Assembly (NCBI GenBank): GCA_964016885.1
Contig: OZ024742.1
Span: 247,380,001-247,444,000 of the forward strand
DNA length: 64,000 nt
Direction: 5' to 3'
Source: Eledone cirrhosa
Taxonomy: Eukaryota
Every line of letters starts with the position of its first letter. Within the stretch, counting starts at the first letter, position 1. The notes under the pieces were generated by a model that was not told the DNA's origin, did not search any database, and worked only from the letters and a program-made list of their open reading frames with translations. This document shows positions 39,001 through 51,539 of this stretch, piece after piece. A program made the position numbers and the translations under genes.

Positions 39001-39436
39001 GACGGTGGTGGCTCAACAGTATCAGTAGAGCGTCGGACAACATTCTTTGCAGCATAGAGTTTCGGCCCTTTATGATCTGAGTTCAAATCCCTCCGAGTTT
39101 AACTTTGCCTTTCATCCTTACGGGGTCGATAAAATAAAGTATCAGTAATGCACTGGAGACGATTTAATCGACTTTCCCCTCCCCCAAAATTGCTGGCCAT
39201 GTGCCTATATAAGAAACCATTGAATTGGCAGTATTAGTAAAGCGTCAGACACCATGCTATGTAGTATAGAGTTATGGCCCTTTGCGTTTTGAGTTCAAAT
39301 CCCGCCGGTGTTAACTTTGCCTTTCGTCCTTACAGGGTCGATAAAATAAAGTACCAGTAATTCACATGGGTCGATTTAATAGACTTTCCTCTCCCCCCAA
39401 AATGCTGGTCTTGTGCCAAAAGTAGAAACAATTATT
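39001..39436 (+). mobile_element. Two tandem tRNA-derived SINE copies (39001-39220, 39221-39436)
   Basis: Each copy has gagttcaaatcc (B box) and ...aactttgcctttc.tccttac.gggtcgataaaataaagta.cagtaat...gctggc..tgtgcc...agaaac. Confidence 0.9.
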
Positions 39437-39599
39437 AACAGAGTTTTGTTTTCTATTTCTCTTATGAGCGATAAATATCCGAAACATATATTTTATATTC
39501 TTCCTCTTGGCATAAACATACTACACTCTTTCAGCGAGTTATTTGAACATTTGTCGACACAAATATCACCGTTATTTCCCATTTAGTCCCTGCAGAAAA

Positions 39600-40100
39600 A
39601 AAAACATCCCGGTTTCAGGTTGGTGGTTCTTGCCGGTAGAGGACACGCTAGTGTTGCACTATTGATGCTTGAGTATTTGTAAGGTGGAAAACATTTGCGT
39701 CTGTTGGTGATGTCGTATTTTATGTTAGTGGTACATGTGGCTTTTATGTATAGTCGGTATATGTGGACTACAGGAAGACATATGTAGGAATGTCTTAGAG
39801 CCGCTTCAAAACCTATTTCCTGACTCATGAAACAACATCTAGACATCCTGACAGAAACATACAAATCAGCTCCCGAATCATGTGTGGAACCTATAAATAA
39901 AACGTCACAGCGTTTTCCATTTAAAGAGGATACTGGAAAAATCCACACCCTATAACAATGGGATGAAGTATTGCCGGTTGTGTTACTCGGAGAAGTGGAA
40001 TATACTTTCGCAACAGGCTTCACGTAAACACTGCTTAAATACCTAACCCGACTGTCGCAGTCGCTGTCCTGTAACATTTGTCTACATCAGATTGATTGAA
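39600..40100 (+). pseudogene. Penelope-like GIY-YIG relic
   Basis: KTYVGM..., NHVWNL and ILEKSTPYNNGMKYCRLCYSEKWNILSQQASRKHCLN match the PLE endonuclease C-terminal IL.K..PY....C.LC..EK..I....LN pattern. Confidence 0.7.
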
Positions 40101-40564
40101 ATTATTTTCTTCCAATTTTCAACTTTCCTGTGTAACACAAGTTGCCTGACTCGTTTTTTTTTATATTAGATTATCTATTTATAGAGACTCTCCTAACCTT
40201 CAAAAATCTCCGTGCTGGGAAGCCATTTTTATTTATATGACAGGCTGAATGATTTGGGTAAATAACCCAACGGAACTAAAATAATTGTATATGTCACTGT
40301 TGTAACTAATTATTCTTAACTCGTCCTCGGATTGAGTGCTATAACCCATGGATATTTGTACCAAATGTGTACTACATATACATGCACAAACAACACACAT
40401 ATATAAATCCTGGGTCAATTCTTCCTCTATCTGGTAGAAATCCGCTGTACTCAGCCTTGAGACGGTGAGCGCCCCCGGGCTAAAAATGCCCAAGAAACGC
40501 CAAGTATCAATACAGCAACCCTACAACTCTATCCAGAGTTACGGGACAATACCAACACTAATAT

Positions 40565-40651
<87 letters not shown>

Positions 40652-40657
<6 letters not shown>

Positions 40658-41150
40658 TTAAAACAATGAAATTAAACACAAAACTGTTAATTCATAGTAA
40701 AACTCATTATTTTACGATCGTTTCTGGGGGGGGGGGGGGGTAATTCCCTGTATGTTCATTCAAGTATTGATCTATGTAAAACATATTGCAAAATATCATA
40801 GTAAGATAAAGACACATACGTCTTCACTACCCGCCGTCGTCTAAAGACGGCGGGTAGTGAAGACGTATGATATTTTGTAATATGTTTTACATAGATCAAT
40901 AATTGAATGAACACACAGGGAACTACCCCCCAGAAACGATCCTAAAATAATGAGTTTTACTATGAATTAACAGTTTTGTGTTTAATTTCATTGTTTTAAT
41001 ATTTCTATTTTGACTCTGTATCCAATTGATTTATATCGTTGATAAGATTTTTGTGTTTTAAACTTTGCTTCACGACATCTTCTACATACGGATTACATTG
41101 AGTTATTTATACGGTTTAGACCCTACCATTGAGTGGTAGATTTATCTGTG
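40652..41150 (+). mobile_element. Fold-back (about 350-bp palindrome) element in (TA)n, Penelope pLTR-like
   Basis: Arms 40652-40838 and 40846-41004 are reverse complements. Contains GAAAC-gatc-GTA (HHR stem III-like). The 3' terminal motif recurs at 44142-44222 on the minus strand. Confidence 0.7.
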
Positions 41151-41305
41151 TATATATATATATATATAACCAAAAGGTTTACAAGGTTCATTGATTAATC
41201 AATAAATAAAGTTTTACAATATATTAGAAGCACTCAACATTGAGGTTTTCTGGAATTATTAATATTACTTCAAAATATTAGTAAATATAGACATTCATGT
41301 GGTCA

Positions 41306-41379
41306 AATATATTTTATTATACATATTTCAGAGGTACTGAGGTATTTCATCAGTACGTCCTCATCATATAAAATATATT
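41306..41379 (-). ncRNA. Minimal type I hammerhead ribozyme relic
   Basis: Minus strand: aatatattttat | ATGATGA | ggac gtactga(tgaaatacc)tcagtac ctct | GAAA t(atgt)aTA | ataaaatatatt. Perfect 12-bp stem I, one core substitution (C3>A). Confidence 0.7.
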
Positions 41380-41402
41380 GATGCCTGACATACCTCAACT
41401 GT

Positions 41403-41476
<74 letters not shown>

Positions 41477-41495
41477 TGTGGTATATATATATATT

Positions 41496-41558
<63 letters not shown>

Positions 41559-41561
<3 letters not shown>

Positions 41562-41734
41562 AACAAGTAAGACCCCGACGGCTGAGCTCAAGCCGTTTCG
41601 ACGGCTAATTCCGTCGAAACGGCTTGAGCTCAGCCGTCGGGGTCTTACTTGTTCCTATTACCCACTCTACTACTCTAAGTATTGAGTACTTTGGTGCGTT
41701 ATGGTCCACCTGGTTCCTTACCACATTTCCTTCG

Positions 41735-41736
<2 letters not shown>
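41559..41736 (+). mobile_element. Short fold-back element in (TA)n carrying the 3' half of a hammerhead
   Basis: Perfect 46-bp inverted arms 41559-41604 and 41611-41656. The right arm reads ccgtc-GAAACGGC(ttgagctca)GCCGTC-ggggtc. Confidence 0.8.
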
Positions 41737-41769
<33 letters not shown>

Positions 41770-42678
41770 AGTATGTCCAAGGGCTCTGATACCATAAACA
41801 CCAAAAACACAGAGCTGGCGTATATAAGAACTGACTAACTGCCTGATGATGTCATGGGCATTCAAATATATATACCAGTAAATAAAGGATTATGAGTTCA
41901 TGCAATTGACTTATGTTTCGTCACTATATATATATGTATATAGATGTGGTATATATATATAATATTAAGGATACTATTTATGGTTATGTATATACTAAAA
42001 CTTTTTATAGTTATATATATTTTAAACCCTAAACAGTGAAGGTCAGTAATTTATTACTACCTTATTACCAGTAAGATAAATAGCTCAATGATTAAATAAC
42101 ACTGACCGCAATAAGCTAAAATAATTTAATTTAATGCATCAAACATCCAATACGGAATCATCGTTACTTATGTGATGGATGTATTATTACTATTCCTGAA
42201 TGTGAAAATGGTGGTGGATACAACAACCATAACTTTCTTTTGCTTCTCCTTTTTATTTTTATTTTTCTGCACACATACTTTATATTATATATAAAAAATA
42301 CCTTACCACTACAACCTCCATAATACTCTTACTTACCCGCTTAAAGTGCTTGTATTACATGTAACACCCTGCTACACAATAATCATATATAAATGAGACA
42401 CACGTGCATGCCCCACGTGTAACTAACGCATACACTAACTACTACATCTGACTAACAAACTATCCTCTTGCATTATCTATGTTAACTGCCGACTCTATTT
42501 TATTTTTGTTTTAATTTTGTTTTAATTTTAATATTGATTTTGATTTTGAATTTAAATTGCTATACAGAAATAATATAGTATAATATATGTCACTCCACTG
42601 TACATCATTATATACATATGTATCTGTATGTCTCTTGCGTTGGAAAGGAGGTCAATTATGTGTACAAACATTGAAAAA

Positions 42679-42725
42679 TGCTCCGAAGACTCCAAGCCTA
42701 GGTTTGGATGAAACAATTGTAAGTG
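42679..42725 (+). ncRNA. Minimal hammerhead ribozyme relic
   Basis: tgct | CCGAAGA | c tccaagcc(ta)ggtttgga t | GAAAC(aatt)GTA | agtg, followed by AATAAA and (CT)n. One core substitution (U4>C). Confidence 0.65.
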
Positions 42726-42759
42726 AATAAATGCTTTGAACGTAGCTTTGATTCTTGTG

Positions 42760-42880
<121 letters not shown>

Positions 42881-42906
42881 GTATATATATATATATATAG
42901 CTGTGG

Positions 42907-42965
<59 letters not shown>

Positions 42966-43185
42966 CGAGAAAATGAGAAGCGAGAAAATTTAGATCGTTT
43001 TCACATGGCCACTTCCGTTTCACTGATGTACTGGTTGCAGAGAAATATTTAGTGGATAGAACAGAAGAAATAAGAAGTAGGTGGTGATAAAATAAATATA
43101 GAACACCGTAGTATCGACGTGAAACGCACATGCAAACACGCACACACACGCACGCAAATATACATATGAATATATATATATATAT

Positions 43186-43376
43186 AACGAAGGAATTGTG
43201 GTAAGGAACCAGATGGACCATAACGCACCAGAGTACTCAATACTTAGGGTAGTAGAGTGGCTAATAGGAAAAGGTATGACCCGACGGCAGAGTTCAAGCC
43301 GTTTTGACGGCTATTTCAGTCTAGAAATAACCGTCGAAACGGCTCGAGCTCTGCCGTCGGGGTCATACCTTTTCCT
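43186..43376 (-). mobile_element. Third copy of the short fold-back family, in (TA)n
   Basis: Reverse complement of the 41559-41736 body; palindrome 43266-43376 centred at about 43320. Confidence 0.8.
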
Positions 43377-43573
43377 ATATATATATGTATGTATGTATAT
43401 AAATATATATATAAGTATGTATATATATATGAATATATATGGAATATATATGTATAGAGTATATATATATTTTTTTCTGTGCAACCAGTGCATCACGGAA
43501 TTGGAAGTGGCCACATAAAAGCGATATTAACTCTATTACCACTCACTCTCTCTCTCTTTATATATATATATAC

Positions 43574-43667
<94 letters not shown>

Positions 43668-43670
43668 GCT

Positions 43671-43702
<32 letters not shown>

Positions 43703-44106
43703 TGTCAATATACCTATACGTGCACACACACCTATATATATCTATATATATATATATATATACATGTATGTTTATTTATCTATCCTTATACATGAACATC
43801 TATGTATGATATATATATATATATGTATTTATATATAAACATATATGCATACGCATAACATAAGCGGTGATGACGACTGGATGTGTAGTTAGATACAAGT
43901 ATCAACAAATGTTGATTTTATGATCAAATAACAAAAAATGGTAAATTACTGAGTAGAAAGCATCATTCTAATGTCTGCTAGTGTGAGAGTGTATCAGATT
44001 AATGCCAACACAAATGTCCGCCAGGAATTCTTCTATCAAAGCAATTTACATTCAGAAATGTATTCGATAAGAATTTTACCGAAATTTCTCGAATTATGAA
44101 TTATGA

Positions 44107-44145
<39 letters not shown>

Positions 44146-44241
44146 GATAAATCTACCAAGAGTTTACGGTAGTGTCCAATCCGTATGAAGAACTCAATGT
44201 AATCCGGATATTATGGAAAGATATATATATATATATGTATC

Positions 44242-44298
<57 letters not shown>

Positions 44299-44299
44299 C

Positions 44300-44374
<75 letters not shown>

Positions 44375-44385
44375 TTATGTCTATA

Positions 44386-44431
<46 letters not shown>

Positions 44432-44467
44432 TATATATGTATGTATGTATATATGTCTATATATATA

Positions 44468-44518
<51 letters not shown>

Positions 44519-44959
44519 GCGTGCGTGTGCATGTAGTGTCCTTGTTATTTTATTGTCATATTTGCAGTTATTGTTTTATTGTAATTGTTAATATTATTCT
44601 TGTTATTATTCCTGTCTAAGATATAGTCGAGTCGTCGTTTTGGTTTCTTTGATTTATTAGTGTGATTAACGTCGTTATTAATAATACTTTTGTTTTCTTC
44701 AATGGCTATTATTTTGTATAGACGCGTCTTTGTAGGCTCTCGTTTGTTTCCGACATTTAAATCGCTGTTTGGTTAAAAATGGTTTGTTACAGAGTGGTCA
44801 TAGTTCATCAGTCCTATCCCTAAAGAAAGGCGAACCCATAATATTCGGGTCTTTACCCGAAATACTTCATTGATTTTTGCAACTTGAAATTACACCCATA
44901 ACAGCAGCCAAAATAGCAACAAAAACAAGTTACTAGCAGTGGATGTGACAACCGTCAGC

Positions 44960-46650
44960 GAAACAAGGAATTCCGGTATTCGCGCACTAGCCCCCATTTT
45001 TAATGAATTTGAGAACCACCCATCTCTTACTCGGCCTGGAAAGGGAAGCCAATTGGTAATGGTGCTTAGGGAAGGCCTGGAATCGAGGTACGATTGATTT
45101 TCCTAGACCCAGTGGGTAAGCCACTACTGGGGAAGCTGCAGCTATTGCAGGAAAGCCCGCTAGAGTCGGGACGCCGAAAGGCTGCATTGGCATATGGAGA
45201 CGGCGTTACCGAGATAGTGTCGAACACCTCGCAATCGAGGTAATCGACAACTTCTTAGAGGAATATGAAAGGTTATCGGAGCAAATTATCATGAAAATTT
45301 GGTAGGTTCTCAACTTGAGCCCTAGAGAGGCAAATGTACGCTGTTCAACAGCTACTTTGGACGCTGGACTGAGGAAGCGGTGACGCTCGTGGTCTGATTT
45401 GATCCAGAACTCCAAATGGATAAGAACTGGGAAGCGGTAACAAGCAGTGTGGCCATTCTCACCCAGAAACGAGCCGAGTAAAACTATCATTGGGAGGTTG
45501 GTTGGAGCTGTCGAACGCGTCTGTTATCTATTATCGCCTGGCCGTCCACCCCTCACTATATTGGAGCACATTCTCTTCAACCTTTTGTGGAAGAGACGGC
45601 TTCCGCTATTGAGGTGGTCCATCTGCTGCCAACACTCTATACGTAGAGGACTGGAAGTGCTCTGGCTGATAATTTACAAACAATCACTGAGGCTACGGCA
45701 TCTCCAGATAAACTTGTGTGGTCGCTGTTTGTTAGACAAGTCTTTCCGCCGCTTGTCTCTTTGACTGAGTTGCAGTCCCCGAGACTGCACGCCTAGCATT
45801 TGGTATGCTGTCAGACGCTCACAATCTTATACGAGTCGGGCAATGCGATCAGTGGAAATTCCACTTTAGAATTCTATAGCGGACTAGTGGAGGACAAGTG
45901 CGATGAATTTCTCAAAGATGATCTTGGCGTCGACGAAATCGAATTAACCAATCTATTCCGGAGAATTTTCGAGCCAGGGGCTACGAATAACTTTCAGAAA
46001 TCATTGACTTGGCAATGCTACCGGGGACATTGCTTAGACAAACGCTACAGGCACGGAAATTTTATCAGTCCATGCATTACTGATTCGTGGAGTTTTGTCA
46101 AACAGCTATTATCGCATGTAGGACGGACCCGGCTATCGACCGACTCTATTCTGAAAATCGACCCGCCAACTGCTCTAGACTGGGAAGGACAGGCAATTTT
46201 CCCTAGTCTAGGGACTATAGTGAAAATGGTCATGTGGTGGACGCAGCTGTAATGACTGAAAACAGACACTTTTCTCTTCGGCCAAGCCCTCATAAACTTC
46301 CACTTTGAAAGGAAGGTGAGGGTGGAGAGGGAACTACTTCTCCCAGTACATGTATTAAAAGGTGGCTGATTGTAGCGAGAATAGTTCGAGTGGAATGGCC
46401 TATTTTGACAATGCCCCTATTGGCTGGAGAATGTTGAGGAGAGAGGAGTACCTTTCTATGGTCCTCTTGGAGATTAAGGTGATTTAGGATCTGTGGAGTC
46501 TCTAAAATGCCCCCTGGGGAGTGCTCCCTCCTATAGGAACATTTTCATTTCTATAATTTCATTGTTTGTAGTTGTCTATTCATTGTCAACAATTTTCGAA
46601 TTCTTCTATCAATCTTACATATTTCAGTCGTTGTCCACTTAATAATATAG
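44960..46650 (+). pseudogene. Old degenerate Tx1 ORF2 copy with large internal deletions
   Basis: FLDPVGK (EN), PLLGKLQLLQ, AYGDGVT (AYADD equivalent), LEHILFNLLWKRR and NNFQKSLTWQCYRG; MWWTQL. Confidence 0.8.
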
Positions 46651-46659
46651 AAATTATGC

Positions 46660-48480
46660 ATTACAACTGGTATGGTTAAAGTATTAATTGCTTAAGTCCT
46701 GCTTTTTGTCTTTAGTTCTGAATTGAATATTGACCTCATCCCGCGATAGCATTCTTTTCTGATCTATTCCCCGAATCTAAATTTTGAAACATTCCTCTGG
46801 TTCTAAACTCTTTATAGCAGTTTGTTGATCACATTCAACGTTGAATTTTTATGATAGTTTCACTTTAATGTAGGTAGATTTTGTGCATTTATCAAGGCCA
46901 AATTCCATCCTAATGCCATCACTAAACTGTTTTGCAATTAATAGTGGGCTTTGTAGTTGCTGGTAATTTTTTTGCGAAGAGCTTTAAATCATCCATGCAA
47001 AAAAGATGGCCGATAGTTTTCTCATAAATTTTATAGCGATATTGTGTTTCACTGAGCAATCTAGATAGCGGTGTCAGTGGTATTCAAAAGAGGAGTGACT
47101 GAAAAATATTGTATGAGATTTTAACAACTTCCTCATTAAGATTTCTTCTCAATATTCAAAATCAGTGTAGGTTTCCTTAATTTCATACAAACTGACAGAA
47201 AATTTCCTAAAGTAGGCGATATTTTATTCACAAGCATTTTTCGATCCAACTAGGTGGCTGACTGTCAAAAGCGTCTCTATAGTCTATCTAACCTATTGAT
47301 AAGTTCTTGTGCTGTTTGTGTGACAATTTTCAAATATCATCGTATTGATGAGAAGCTGATCTTTACAACCATAGGGCACGCGTTTACAGCCTTTTTGCTC
47401 ATTGGAGAAGATGCTGTCTTCTGTTGAGAAGTTATACCTGTATTCGGTCAAAACATACGTGAATATCTTATACAGAGTTATAATCCATGTCAATTATAGA
47501 TTTTATGTTATATTTTCTTTTTAATTTTCCTATTTCAGATGGCTTCATATTCTTCTTAGACAAAATTTTTAAACATTCTATATCAGATCTCAGTTAGTTA
47601 ATTTTTTGATGAATTTGCTCTTGCCTTGCTTGAATTTTGTGGAGATATTTTCGTTTTTTAATCTTTTCCATGTATAGGTTCGTTGAAATATTAGGAGAAG
47701 CATAATAAAGGTGACTGAGTTCTGAAATATCAACATCATTAACTGCAATTATATCTTTATGGGCAATGCGAATCCGAACTTTATTGCTTAAAATTGTGAT
47801 TATTTGGAAGTGTGTTACGTTCATGTGTACTGATTTCCTTAAATTCCAGTCATTCACTCCTGATTTGATTCTTCAGATCAGTTAGTTCAGTTAGGTCAAT
47901 TTCTATTTGACTTTTAACATCTGTTTGATTTTTCATTTCCTTGGTATTTATGGTTAGTTCAAGAGGTATTTGAATTTGCTCATTTTGCTCATCAGCTACA
48001 TTGACTATTTCTATCAATATTACATTTTCATCAGCGATTAGTTGGTCTGTAATTATTTCATTGTTATCTTCATTAGTTTCATTTCCGTTCCTTTTATTCC
48101 TAACTAATTGTCTAAACTGGTCAATCTCGGAATCAGTCAGTAATTTCTTTTTCTTAATGTTCCTTCTGACATTAACAAGCTTGTTACTATCTATGTAGGT
48201 TTTATTTCAGGATGTTTTTCTCTCTTAGGTATGTATGTTCGGTATTGGATTTACATAAAATTATAGAAGACCTTGACAACTCCTTTAATATATTTTCAGG
48301 ACGCCAGATACTTCCATTGATTTGTATCTGACAAGAATCCTATCGGTTAGCACTAATTATTTGTCAGCTTGAAATCTTTACCCTGTTGGGCGACGGAGAA
48401 TAAGTCTGACGCTAATTTCAGCAGGTTGACGTGGAAGCAATAATCTATAGAATATGTTACTTTTTGGACTGTGTCTGCAA
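46660..48480 (-). pseudogene. R4/Dong-clade non-LTR retrotransposon relic
   Basis: NEQKGCKRVPYGCKDQLLIN (ORF 47293..47493), IDYRDAFDS, HLFCMDDLKLFA and GIRMEFGLDKCTK are characteristic R4/Dong RT motifs. Confidence 0.75.
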
Positions 48481-48517
48481 ACACTGCGATGAATATGTTG
48501 TTATTATTAAATAAAAG

Positions 48518-49435
48518 AGAAATACAAAATTAATTTTAACAGATTTTGTTTGTTTTTAAATGGCTAAAATGGATCTTCTACGATGTAATTGTGTTAGTTT
48601 CAAGTTCATAGCCAGACAAGTACAACTGCAGCTAAAATGACTCTTCTTCGCTGTGATTGCTCTAATTTCCTCACTTTGTCTCAAATCAAGTCAATTGCGA
48701 AACGTGTACGACTGTGGCTGAAATGACTGATCGTCGCTCATATTGCTTTAGTTTCAACACACCGCCTCGATACGATTCAGATCTATGACAAATAATATTA
48801 TGGCTAAATTAACTCTACCACGATGTATTTACTTTTTTTTAGTTCACGTTCTCACTTCAAGTCACTTGAAGGAAAAGTACTACACCTAAATGCTTGTTTT
48901 TCCTAAATCACAATCGAAAAACTGAATATCGAGATTTCAACGTTTAATGAATATACTGCATGCACTGCACACCCCAATATTTCCTGTGGGGAATAATTTG
49001 TTAAAAACTAATTATACAAGGAGAATATAGATATAATGAGAGGTGCGAATCGTAATACTACACATAGCAAACGACATACATCCGCATACGCACATTTATA
49101 TAATTATGAAAGAAATATCATGTCAGGTGGCTCCTGGTAGCAGAAATGCAAAATTAATTTTAACAGATTGTGAGTGTTTTTAAATGGCTAAAATTCTAAA
49201 ATGTAATTGTTTTAGTTTCAAGTCCATAGCTAGACAAGTACAACTGTAGCTAAAATGATTTTTCTTCGCTGTGATTACTCTAATTGCATCGCTTTGTCTC
49301 AAATCAAGTTAATTTCGTGACATGTACAACTGGCTGAAATGACTCATCCACGTTCAAATTGCTTGAAAAATTCAGATCCGAGACAAGTACAATTATGGTT
49401 AAATTAACTCTGCCACGACGTATTTACTTTACTTT
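48518..49435. repeat. Two diverged direct copies of a ~300-bp sequence (about 48518-48835 and 49142-49430)
   Basis: Shared aaaattaattttaacagatt...aaatggctaaaat...agacaagtacaactg.agctaaaatga...tttgtctcaaatcaagt...aaattaactct.ccacga.gtatttacttt. Confidence 0.85.
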
Positions 49436-49719
49436 TATTACATTAATGGTCAGGTCGTTAGCGACTAAACCAGCATGACCACCAAGCTTGCTTGGTGAGG
49501 AGGGTGGATGAAAAATAAAACCTGATAAAATGCGGAGGAACTCCTGAGAGTCAACCGCCATCCAATAGTTCGTATATATGTATATATTGTGTGGGTGTGT
49601 AAACATATATATGTGGGTAACATCTATATATATTTTTAACTTTTAGACTTTTAAATAATTCTTTTTCCATTTTTTAAATTTTATTTCATCTTATTTATTT
49701 ATTTAACTTACTTTATTTT

Positions 49720-50500
49720 ACGTCTGGGAAAACCCACGGCCGATGCAACTTTGCTCTCGATTTACAAGAGGAAGGGCTTGAAGTCTGAAAGCGGTTATTA
49801 TCGAGGCATAAGTTTGATCGAATCGGTAGGGAAAGTCTGAGCTAAGGTTTTGTTGAATCGCCTGATAAAATGCATCTATCCTGGTGTCATCCCTGAGACC
49901 TAGTGTGGATTCAGTGCTAGGCGGGTTAGTATAAACATCATTTTCGCAGCCAGTCAGCTTATGTACCAAGTATTTGTGGACCTTACCAAAGCCTTCGATA
50001 CTGTTATTCGTAGCACATTGTAGGTCCTATTAGGGAAATTTGGATGCCCTCACGAATTTGTGACAATATTAAGAAAAAACTCCATCAAAATATTAAAGCG
50101 GAAGTGAACTTCATTGGGACACCTTCAGGGCCAATTTCAATGGAAAACAGTGTCAAGGAAGGTGACATACGTGCACCAACTCTGTTCTCCATCTTCTTTG
50201 CCGTGCTGCTGACATATGCCTTGCAAGATTTCAAAATTGGTGTATAGTTGCAAATTAGAACCATTGGTAAAATCTTTAATCTAAGACAGTTTAACACCAA
50301 GTCCAAAACATTTGTCACAAAACATTAGGGAGTTCCTCTATGCTGATGATGCAGATAATGTGGCTCACACAGTAGAGCACATGCAGTTGATATTTGACAA
50401 CCATTTCAATGCGTGCACTGTGTTTGGGCTAAATCAGTTGGTGAAGTGTATGAGGAGCCAACCATTTTTGTGAGTGGAAAAAGATTTAGAACAGTTGGAA
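49720..50500 (+). pseudogene. RTE (BovB-like) RT fragment
   Basis: DATLLSIYKRKGLKSESGYYRGISL..VGKV, FVDLTKAFDTV, KFGCP, VKEGDIRAPTLFSIFF and FLYADD. Confidence 0.85.
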
Positions 50501-50736
50501 CAGACCGGAGTGCAGACCAGAGTGCAGAAACCGATACATTGGTCAGGGTTTATGACACATACTAATATCATTACCCACACGAAGTCGTTTATCTTACTGA
50601 TTAACGTATATGTGCACTTTGAGTAATGGCTTTGTATTTCTAATAATACAAACCCGATTATATTATTGAATTAGTAAAAAAAGTCTGAAGATGTACCGGT
50701 TTCTTTCGACTAGCTTCGTAAACACACTCAAATATA

Positions 50737-51302
50737 CACCTGGTGGTCGCTAGAAAAGCGGAAAATTTGTCAAACTGCGATTTATTTTTACAAAGACTGA
50801 TGTTACAAAGCATTACACTCACAAATACTCAAAATGTCGTCCGTGCACTTCATGACAGCGTCTTAACCTGGAAATCCAAGCTCGTGTTTCGTCCGAAATT
50901 TGTATCTTTGGACACGTCCCTTGACGGCGAGCACTAGCTGTTTCATATCCTTCTCGTTTCAAATTTGCAACATTATCAAACTGATGCCTTGTGATCGTTG
51001 AAAAAAAATCGGTAACACGGTTAAACATTTTGTCAGTCTCCAAGTTGGATTTTCAGTTTTGAACAGTGCAATCACCTGCCTTTGAAAGTCTGAAAGCTGT
51101 TTCCTCCTGCTGCTTCTGTCCATGATGTGGGTACTAAAATCGAAATCAAAGAAATGAATAAGCAGGACGTAATGAAATCAATGCTTCTTGTGATTGCACA
51201 CCCATTCGACAACAAAAGAACCAATCAAAAGCCATCAATCACGGATTTTATTGATGATCTATTCTAAGCTTCAAATTTTCCGCTTTTCCAGCGACCACCC
51301 TG
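50737..51302 (-). mobile_element. Internally deleted Tc1/mariner element with ~30-bp TIRs and TA flanks
   Basis: Left ta-cacctggtggtcgctagaaaagcggaaaatttg; right caaattttccgcttttccagcgaccaccctg-ta. Minus-strand remnants MDRSSRRKQLSDFQRQVIAL (N-terminus) and RLRRCHEVHGRHFEYL (C-terminus). Confidence 0.8.
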
Positions 51303-51539
51303 TATATATGTAAAGTCCTTATATAGCTAGTTTGCTATGACAGACTAGGAGAGGTATCTAGTACCCCTTACAGTTAAGAAAAGAAAACAGGATAAAGAGA
51401 GACAGAGATAAAACCGGGCAGGCCAACGGGGGGGGGGGGGGGCAAAAGAAGTATAAATACGATTTAACAAAGCGAAAAACAAAGACAATCATAAAACAAC
51501 TATAAAAGTTTCTATTGTTGTATCTTTTCGTAGCTTCCA

